A stretch of 63,157 nucleotides of DNA, the filler included, from Choristocarpus tenellus KU-1152 (taxonomy: Eukaryota; Protista; Phaeophyceae), in the NCBI GenBank assembly GCA_964200185.2. It is 12 parts of 12 records of this genome, joined end to end, with 100 filler letters (N's around TTAATTAATTAA, not from the genome) between each part and the next. Parts side by side here need not be neighbours in the genome. Positions count along the whole stretch, not along the records: positions 53,122 to 56,922 come from CAXNAD020017847.1; positions 57,023 to 63,157 come from CAXNAD020008865.1; 10 more parts are not named here. One strand, written 5' to 3'. The notes under the pieces were generated by a model. That model was not told where the DNA came from. It ran no database searches and worked only from the letters and a program-made list of their open reading frames with translations. Position 1 is the stretch's first letter. Each line of letters starts with the position of its first letter. Shown here in pieces: positions 53,748-63,157 of the stretch. The position numbers were made by a program, and so were the translations under genes.

Positions 53748-56700
53748 ATGCGCTTACCTCACCACCTGAGACGGGAAATACCAGGATGTACTCAACCAGG
53801 TCAACCTCACCAGGTTCACGGCGGGTGGGGTTGTAATGGCGGCGGTGCAGAAGTTGAGAGCAACAACGGATCGGCATCAGATGGCCGTGAGAAAGAAGAC
53901 GAGGGAGGGCGCGAACACCAAGGAGGGGATGGAGGCGAGGGAGGGGACGAACACAAAGGAGGGGACGAAGACGAGGGAGGGAACGGACTGCCAGACAGGG
54001 AGGATACGGGCGAAGGGGGTTCTGTTGGCAGTGTTCCTGATGCGGAAGAAGAAAAAAACAGCCATGGAGGGTGGAATGCGGGCGTTTGCTGTACTGAATG
54101 CAATCCTCCACCTACGTCTTGGTGAGTAATGTAGTTGTAACGGTGCACACGAGGATGGAGTGTAATTAATGGCGTAAGATTGGTTTCCATCCAATCCCCC
54201 GAACGGCTAACCAGGTTGTCTCTTTTCAGTGGTGCATGCTATTAAACCTGTGGAACTTGCGGGTTTCTCTGTGTGGGGCGCTGCGGTTGCTACTCCCACG
54301 TCTCTTTATTTTCCACAGCCCGATTGTGTGTTAATGCATGTACATCACCGACTGTTGTATCTCACCTGTACTACTTCGTACTGTTTTGCGGCGTCAATTT
54401 CGTGGTCCTTCGTAACCGTGGATCCCCGCATTGCGTTGTTGCGCCCCATTAATGATCTGGAAAAATACTATCCTGCTGTTTAACGCTCTCGTTCGATGAC
54501 ACGCATGACAGGTATTCATGCCCAAAGTGCTCCATCACGCATATCGGCAAATGTGCCTACACGGAGATTATAGACGACGAGAGGCACAAGGATCGATTAT
54601 GTATCAATTGCCCCATGGCACAGGAGGGCAGTGAAGGGTCTGGATTGGTGGGGAACAAAGTGCCGGGTCGGGGCAGGGGCAGGGGCGGGGGCAAGGGCAA
54701 GGGTAAGGCTCACGCAAGGAGCGAGGGTGGGTCACCCACGACACAAAGCCTTTTACGTCCCCCCTCACGCAGCGAAACGGCCGACATGAAGAAGTGCATG
54801 TGGCTCTCGGCGTGGTTGCACATTATACAGATACACAAGTCGTCTCTGCGTGTTTGTTTTCGCGTTGGTTTGCACGTAGGTCTTGGCTGCTCGTACATCA
54901 TGTGGATTGCTCGTCCTTTGTGCCTTGGATGTGTCGTTTTTTTGGAGGTTTCCATGGGCCATGGAACTTAGTTTTTTGACGTCTACCCTCCTTCCACGAG
55001 ATGTATCTGATGAGTCTGGCGTTGTGGAGGGCACGGCTTGACATTTTAGAGATGCCGTGGAAATATTGTCAGGACCTCACTTAATGAAAAGATTTCCTGC
55101 ACCGTAGCTTACTACGCTGTCCTTCTTGTCGTGCTTTCTGTCTACTGTGTCGTGTGTCATGATGTCCAAGCAGGAGTGAGAACACTGCACTACACGACCT
55201 TCTCCCTCTCGACCCTATGGTACCCTTAGACCGCCTGAAAGAATTCGCCTTCCGCAATGCGCCAAAGCTCGCCATAGTGTCCACTGCCGCCGAGCCAAGA
55301 CTCCTCAACGACGAAGAGGCGACCAACACACACTTGTACGAGGTGCTTAAGTGCTTGCGGGTGAAGATACATCCTCAGGGCACCATCGTGCTCATTGTGC
55401 CCCACCCGTGGATGGCGCAATTACACCGCCTAGGTGGTGAGTTGCAGAGTTCGCAAGTGCTGGAATATGGGGTATATTGCGGGAGACTGTTGCGATCCGC
55501 CATGGCCGTTATCATTCCATCCATGTGCCCATCGAATATTGTGTGACCGTTTAGGAGATGCGGATTAGGTCGTGTGTCTTTTTTTTTTCTTTCCCCATGT
55601 TGTTTCATGTCCTTCGTACCTTCTACTTCCTTTTGTGTCTCTTGCTCTTTCCCCCGGGTCCTTCGTAGTTCTTTGTTTCATTGTCCGCGAATCGCATGCT
55701 GGTGATACTTGTCTTCACTGCATTATTTTTACCATATTTACTTCTTTTATTGCTTAATTTCCTATTGTTTGCATTTTTTGCATTGGTTATTTGCCTTGCG
55801 TTCCACACTCATTGTACTATTATAATGTTAGTGGTATGAGATTTCATGAATCCCTACGATAAGTACTTGTGTGATGTCACTGTCAAGTTTGACACATGCC
55901 GGACCCACGCGCTCGCTCCTGCCTTCTATTCATTCGGAGGCTCTTATGGCGTCGAAGGTGGGCTTGATTGTGGAGGATCATCCCCTAACCTAAATATACA
56001 AGACGAGGGGGGGGGGCGCCCTCAATTAGGCACTGATAACCATCTCAGATGTTGTCAGGACATTATTATTCTCGTGCACAACGATGGGACAATGTTCACA
56101 TGCAACAAGCGAGTCACCGTCAACGACATCTTTGGCCACAGGCGTGATGCATCTCCTCCGGTACTCCAAACCATGTTGGACGTCGAGTACGAAGGTGCTG
56201 CAATGGACATCCCCATGAGAGCCCTCCACTTCCTCGTTAACAGGTTCGTTAATAACGTCACACACACCCTTCTTCGCAGAAGCAGCGATTTTTTTTGTAT
56301 AGGTGTAGGAGATCATTAAACAGTAACAGAACGAGCTGGGTGATGGTTCAGGGGTGTCAATCCATCCCACGAGTTTGTTTCCCTGAATCGGTACGTTAAG
56401 CGTCAAACTGCACCAAGAGTGTGTTGCCATGTATCGGAACGTTACTCATACTTTGTGATATGATGAGCCCGTGCCTAATACAACATACTCCTCGGAATAA
56501 TTGACGAACTGTCCTCCCACGCTAGGTACACGAATGCTGGGGACACCGTCGTCTCCTACAGCGCAGAGAGGCACAACGTGGTGGAGGCGGCCCTTGAAAG
56601 GAGCAGGAGGGTGGAGGTGTTCGTGTCCAACGCGGCGTCAAAGGACGAGGTGAAAGAGAAGATGGACAAGTCCTTCGGCCAAGCCTACAAGGACGGCAAG

Positions 56701-56802
56701 TGGAAGGTAAGAAGAGTGTACTGGCTTTTTTTCCCATTGCTTTCCAACTTTTTGTCTGTGTTCGTTCCTTATGGATAGGTCTTGGGCGTGCAAATGTACT
56801 AG
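53748..56802 (+). CDS. Spliced gene: acidic tract + PHD finger + RG/GK tract + degenerate beta-class amino-methyltransferase-like domain (possibly a pseudogene)
   Basis: Exons ..54122, 54512-54793, 55174-55471, 55888-56243, 56526-56706 and 56779-56802. The joined PHD reads CTEC-NPPPTSW|YS-CPKC-SITH-IGKC...CINC. MTase-like segments are LKCLRVKIHPQGTIVLIV and IPMRALHFLVNR|YTNAGDTVV..NVVEAALERSRR. The middle junction is uncertain. Confidence 0.6.
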
Positions 56803-57029
56803 TGGTGTTTCCTTGTCGATGTTTACACGTTGCTAACAGGGTGCATGCAGTTACCCACACCATCACTGGAAATCGCGAGTCCCCAAGACTTTGGTGTGAG
56901 TGTCGGGGTCAAAGTATCTGGGNNNNNNNNNNNNNNNNNNNNNNNNNNNNNNNNNNNNNNNNNNNNTTAATTAATTAANNNNNNNNNNNNNNNNNNNNNN
57001 NNNNNNNNNNNNNNNNNNNNNNGTAGGAA

Positions 57030-57700
57030 TCTCGCTGGGTTTATCACCTTTATCCTCTTTGATGATTTTGGGGATACTTTAACAACAACTGCTCCGTGTA
57101 CCACTCCAGCTACCATTCAGTGCTGACAGTGATGTCGAACTCATACTCCTCACCATTCTTGCGCCGCAATGTAGTCCATTGCGCCTCCTCCATGAGACAA
57201 ACCCACCAGATTCCGATCTTGCCGTTGAAATCATGGGCAGGATCCGGACACGAAACGACAGAAATGAGCATCACTTTGGGAATGTGATTTTTTGTGCGGC
57301 AACTTCGTCAAGTCCACCTTTTCCTCCCCCAGGAACATGTGCACTATTTCTCATTTGCAGATTAAGTAGAACCAAGCCTCGTCGATGTGACTGGTGTTGA
57401 GGCCAGTCCTGTAGGTTTTACAGTTGCGGGAGATCTGGTCGAGGATGAAGTTCACCCTACCCTTGTGAGAAAACGAAAGGCTAGGAGTGACGCACCGCTG
57501 AACCCTCATTACCCCTGTGGCTTCGAACCAGTGATGAAGCTTTGAGCTGCCAACTGCAAGGTCCGCTTTGGCGAGCTTGGCGGAAAATTGGTCAATAGTC
57601 AGCATGCAATTACTAGTCTTGATTTCCCGGATGTTCACTTGTTTCATTGGTGTAAAGCTTGACGGACATCAAGATCATGCTCGTGGTTTTAGGGAGACGG
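57030..57700 (-). pseudogene. Decayed DD39D (plant/oomycete-type) mariner-like transposase
   Basis: SHIDEAWFYL (cf. HIDEKWFY) followed in another frame by IPKVMLISVVSCPDPAHDFNGKIGIW (cf. KVMFLxAVARP..FDGKIGIW). Confidence 0.8.
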
Positions 57701-58033
57701 TATTCCCACTGTCTAACTGTTCTTTGACGCACGCCCACACCCATCTAGGGTGTCTCTCTCCCACTCCAAAATCTTTCACATTTTAGATCCCACACCCTTC
57801 GGGAGCCTTTCGTGACCCGAAGAAAGAGCCAATGCAAAACACAGAGCAAGTGCACTCCGACCTTCATCTGTCAGCTCCCAGTTCTTTCCCCGAGTCAGTG
57901 GGCTTCGTGCCGGGGAAAACGAGTTGTGGGGGCCCACCATGGAGGCTGTGAGAGTGTTGTGCGGCTCCACGCTGCACAGGAACATTAAAAAATAATAAGA
58001 ATATGCCCCACTCTGTGTTCCATTCTTTCGGAA

Positions 58034-58341
58034 GAGTCAAATTATCTTAGAGGGCCGCATCCATTCGGGGGCCGAAATCCAATGTTGCGATTTCCATGTA
58101 ATTTTATCCGTCGTATTTGTTAGGAAGTGTCAGTATCCTTGTTCCGGACACACCATTTCATAACATACACATATAACCTGTGCAATATAGACTATGCAGT
58201 CTATAGGGATTTATATATTTAGGGAACAATGGAATACCGAAACATTTCGGAGTAGGAAAAATATCACAAAAACCCCATGGGAAGCCAAGCCCCAAATGGA
58301 CAAACAGGGCAAAACTCGTACCCTCTAAGATACTTTCACTC
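58034..58341. mobile_element. GAG...CTC MITE (Sola2-like) with an internal ~50-bp insertion
   Basis: TIRs, perfect TSD GGAA/GGAA. Confidence 0.88.
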
Positions 58342-59888
58342 GGAACCATTTCAGAACAGAGCTCTTAGTAAAATAGTCCAAGGAATCTAACACAAATGTC
58401 TGTTTGTAATCGGACGTCGTCCTGAATAGCTACGACTTAACTGCTCAGACTTATGGGATAGTATCATATAATTCAAGAAGCAGCTGCTTTGAATCTCCTA
58501 GATAGTGCAACATTTGTGGGGAAAAACGTTGTTAAGGGTGATGATGGAGTAACCCTATTTTTATATGTGCAAAGGTTGGTAATGCTTTTTTATTTGTTCG
58601 TTACCCATCTGGAATGGTAGCACTTCTTCGAAAACTGGAAGTAGACGGAGGAATTTATTGAGCATAAGCTGAAAAGGAAAGACAAGAATTTGTTGATGAA
58701 GAAATCTCAAGTTCACAGGAGCATCATGGTGGTATTGACAATGAGGAAAATACAGAGATTGAAGGAGAGGTGGAAATAGAAGTTTGTCAAGGGAAAGTGA
58801 GGGTTCCTCCTATTCAATTTTACCTGAACTCAGGTTGCGAAGTACAATGAACTTGAGGAATATGACGGGACCATTCTAATGGTTGTGATGAAAGCAGATA
58901 CCGCAAATACTCTCACCAGTGTGTTGGATGCTTTGCATGACTGGGGAGCATTAGATGGTGCAACTTCGGTAAGGTGGTGCATGCTAGTGTGGGAATGGTA
59001 ACATCAGCTAATGTCCTCTTGATCAAAGAATATAAGTGTGCTGTATTTTTACGAAACGCATTACCAGATGCTACAGCAAAGAAACAGCTTGGAGATGGGG
59101 GAGAGTTGTAGCTTCCTCCATCCTAGTTGAGGGTGCTTCCATCCAAAAGGGTGAAGGGCATGGCATCCTATTTGATGTTGTGGTGGTAGAGAAAGTGGAG
59201 GAATTGCTTTTGGAGATTAAAACACTGCACAGTTTTTGATGAGATATATATTGGTTTGTACGTTGCTTGCCTTCTTTTTCCAACCCCAAAGTGTGTTGAG
59301 GTGGTAAGGCATGCTTTTTAGGACCTGAGTCATGTTTCTTAGTGGAAATTACTATGTGGCAGATAAAAGCAAGGTTAGACCAGCTTGATTGATCCAAGCC
59401 TCCTCTTCATTGTTTTTTGCGCATTTTGGACAATTGTTGATATAGTTGTGTTCTGAAAATTTGAGTCCTGGCCGTGTAATATCTGTTAAATTTCTCCAAT
59501 GTTATTACTTCACCTTACAATACGTCTGTCTCCATTCAAGTACTCTAGGTCAGTATTATATAGGGCCATGTATTTGCTGCAGTGCTATATATCATTTCTA
59601 CAGGCAGATCTCTGACTAATTTCTTAATTTCCCGCCCGTTAAGACATAGGCTACCATCTGTTTTTTCCTTGATACGATAGAGTTCCACCAGTCAGTACTG
59701 ACTGTTGATAGGTCTGTTACACACTGGTCGTTGCTGTCACTAGTTCATCATCACCAGATCAATTATCGTCAGAACACTATAGTACAGATCAGTCACTCTG
59801 CATTCTACGCACAGGAGTAAAATGCGTCACTTTACTTGCATCACATATTGATTCGAGTTTGTTCTCTTGTTCTCTTGTTCTCCTGTTT

Positions 59889-60146
59889 GAGTGAAAGTAT
59901 CTTAGAGAGTACGAGTTTTGCCCTGTTTGTCCATTTGGGGCTTGGCTTCCCACGGGTTTATTGTGACATTTTCCTACTCCAAAATGTTTAGGAGTAGGTA
60001 AAATATGTACCTTGTGAAAAGGTGTGTCCACAACAAGGATACTGATACTCCCTAACAAATACAAAAGCCAAATTACATCAAAATAGCAACATTGGATTTT
60101 GGCCCCCAAATGGACGCAGCCCTACCCTCTAAAGATAATTTGGCTC
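59889..60146. mobile_element. GAG...CTC MITE (Sola2-like)
   Basis: TIRs, perfect TSD GTTT/GTTT. Confidence 0.9.
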
Positions 60147-61894
60147 GTTTGTCCATTTGTTTTCTCTCTCTTTCTTCTTCTTATGAGCAGAAGATCACAG
60201 CTGCAAGTTACTTGTTGGTTATTATTTTTTTCTTGGTTGTCATTGATCCCTCATAATGCACCAAGCTCACTCTGCAATAAGTGTACCTAATGCACCCCTG
60301 GATGAAATATATTCAGAACAAAAACCATCCGCAGAAGCCCTTGTCATCCAAGGTAACAAGCCTCTCCACAGAGCATGGACTTCTTTCGTTGAGTATCTCA
60401 TGAAAGAGCACTGAATTCACGTCACGTCATCCTGGACTGAGCAACCAAGAATACTGAATTCATATCACATGATTCTTGACTGAGATATCAATGACCTCAG
60501 TTACAACAGAATAAATACATCGGTGCTTTGCAGCACAATCACATCTATTCACAACACCGACTACGTATTTTTCTCATCAGTGCTTTACAACACCATGATA
60601 CCTCATCGCTCGTAGCCTACACATTTTGTTCACAAGTACCATGCATTCGATTCAGGTTTCAACACCACCTTCTTCCAACTTGAAAACGGACAATCAGCAC
60701 AGCGGTACGGATTTACATATTTTCATTAGCTGTACAAGGAGTTCCACATATTCCACTAACAGTCATACAGTACCATGGACTAAACTGAAAACCAATTTAA
60801 GAAAACAGATTGACTGGGGTCAAACGTATCCCTGGTATATATAGTTCATTCCTAATTTCCTTCAGCAATGTTGCAAAAGCTGTTGATGATATTTAGTCAG
60901 TTGTATATGTTATCAGGGGCAAACTGTTCGAGTACAAATCTAGAGAGCAGTTTCGTTTTGCATATGCTTCACTGTAGAATTGTGATTGCCAAAGCATCAT
61001 TTCCCCCCATCTTCATGACTTTTTATAATGTTGACTTTCAATAGTAGTATCGCACTATCATGGCAAGAGTATGCATGGTGTGGATATCTACTTACGACAA
61101 TGCTTTTTGGCTCTCTATAATAGGGATACTTCAGCATTCTCGTTGCAGACTCCTTATTTAAATGTAAAACATACATGCAACTGGATACTAATAAATTGGA
61201 CAGACAAAACTCTTACATACTCAAAACTTGTAACAGCTAATGTAACACTGGAGAATGACAACTGCAATTTTTCCATTTCACTGTATAACGAGGGCAACCC
61301 ATTTTTTTCTCAGAATGGGAAAGGGGAAGGTGAAGCACAATTAGTTGTTTCCTTCGGTTGATCCAGCAGCCCTCGGTTGCCAAAGGAGAGCTCTGGCGTC
61401 ACGTATGTTTTGACGAAGGTAAACAGAATGTTTGTTTAACAATTTCAAATTTGGTACCTATCCCTGTTAGTCAAGAAATGTTTGGTGATTTATGGTAATT
61501 AACTCTTTGTGTGGGAATGACTGCGAGTGACCAGTGATAGTGATTGCTGTCAGTATCATCCTGCGTGTCAAGAGTAGGGGAGTATGCCAAACAGTGGTTA
61601 GTCACTTGTGATGTTGACTTCTTGTTTGATAGTGGATGATGCAATCCATATTGTATTTTATGAAGTACATACAAGTAATGTGGGACAAGTCATCTCTTGT
61701 CAGTACACAATCGGTTATACCAACCTTCAGAAGAGTGGTTGGGATCATCATCATCACTTTAATGTGCCACTCTGGATTATATGATAGACCGGTGTAATGT
61801 GCACATCTGATCCTGGTATTGAGGGTAGGGTTTGATACACAAAGGGAAGTACACGCAACCCAGCATGAGTTAGTGAGCGTTCATGGAGAGAGGT

Positions 61895-62153
61895 GAGCCA
61901 AAGTATCTTAGAGGGTAGAGCCGCGTCCATTTGGTGGCCAAAATCCAATGTGGCGATACTGATGTAATTTTGGCTATCGTGTTTGTTAGGAAGTGTCAGT
62001 ATCCTTGTTCCAGACACAACTTTTCATAAGGTATACATTTTACCCACTCCAGAATATTTTGGATTAGGAAAATGTCATAAGAGCACCCATTGGAAGCCAA
62101 GTCCCAAATGGACAAACAGGGCAAAACTCTTACGCTCTAAGATACTTTCACTC
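61895..62153. mobile_element. GAG...CTC MITE (Sola2-like)
   Basis: 259 bp, perfect TSD AGGT/AGGT. Confidence 0.92.
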
Positions 62154-62937
62154 AGGTGACATGCAGACTTAAAGAGAACAGTGCCAAGCCCCGACCTGGT
62201 CGAGGATGATATTCGTGGTGGAGTCATGGCAACAATCAATGAGATTGCTGACTCGGGCTTGTTTAGAGGTGAAGTTGGAACTCGCGCTCATGAAGAGTAG
62301 TAGCAAGCAGATTTACAGAGGAAAGAGAAGAGGGTGGTAACAGAGGTGGAGCCACGGCAATAATCGACAAGATGGGTGACCCAGGCTTAGATACGGATCA
62401 AATCGGAATGAGTCCTCAAAGAGGGATTGGGAGGAGGCCCTCAGTGACAACATAGACATACTTAAAGGCGTAAGTCAGGCTGAGGAGCGCATTCCTTGAG
62501 CAGGGAGAAATTCGATGATAACGATGGTTAGGATTGAGTAATGAACTTGTTGTATGGACGAGGTTTTCATTATAGAGAATACAATAGGGTGAGAAGGAAG
62601 TCCCTCAATATGTTGATTTATTTTTCTGAAGATTATGGTGGAGTGTATAGTTGATTCACTGAACGGATTTTATTTCTTGGAGAAAAGGCAAAGATGTATC
62701 CTGAGAATTGAGACTGAAAGGTTGAGCACTTAGCCTGATAAGAGCAAACGATAGTGTTCACGACCAGTGATAATGGTTACTGCTGTTATCACATTGCGTG
62801 TGAAAAGCAAGAGTGATTCCTGCTCATATTGCACTGTGTTTCGAGAGTAGGGGTTTGTGTCAAATGATACGTCCTATTGATGCCTTGTGTTAAAATGAGT
62901 GGTGCAATTGATATTGTACTTTTGAGGTACATCATAC

Positions 62938-63157
62938 GAGCCAAAGTATCTTAGAGGGTAGAGCCGCGTCCATTTGGTGGCCAAAATCCAATGTGGCGAT
63001 ACTGATGTAATTTTGGCTATCGTGTTTGTTAGGAAGTGTCAGTATCCTTGTTCCAGACACAACTTTTCATAAGGTATACATTTTACCCACTCCAGAATAT
63101 TTTGGATTAGGAAAATGTCATAAGAGCACCCATTGGAAGCCAAGTCCCAAATGGACA
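62938..63157. mobile_element. GAG...CTC MITE, cut by the window end
   Basis: Reads identical to 61895-62114. Confidence 0.9.

Noticed and set aside
58400-59780. Protein-like fragments on both strands
   Set aside because: Heavily interrupted and no motif recognised; probably old transposon debris

Overview
Eukaryotic genomic DNA, intron-rich, with GT-AG introns and scattered TTAGGG tracts; the gene content suggests a stramenopile alga (inference only). The window is not contiguous: 12 contig pieces are joined by 11 artificial N-TTAATTAATTAA-N linkers. Recognisable genes are (1) the C-terminal 8 exons of a eukaryotic urease (minus strand, 4009-11224), (2) a membrane-anchored sulfotransferase (43862-48983+) in head-to-head arrangement with a coiled-coil gene, (3) two genes with WW or WW-like domains, and (4) several spliced hypothetical genes. 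The mobilome is dense. It includes a ~259-bp GAG...CTC MITE family with 4-bp TSDs (Sola2-like, at least 12 copies, two identical), a G-run sister family at many contig ends, an AACAG-TIR MITE family, decayed pogo-like, DD39D mariner-like and Gypsy/Ginger-like integrase genes, an 8-unit ~110-bp palindrome-rich array and a foldback-like element. The most unusual item is a spliced gene at about 53.1-56.8 kb. Once its exons are joined it reads acidic tract + PHD finger + RG/GK tract + a domain with the layout of a beta-class N6A/N4C DNA methyltransferase whose catalytic and SAM-binding motifs look degenerate.
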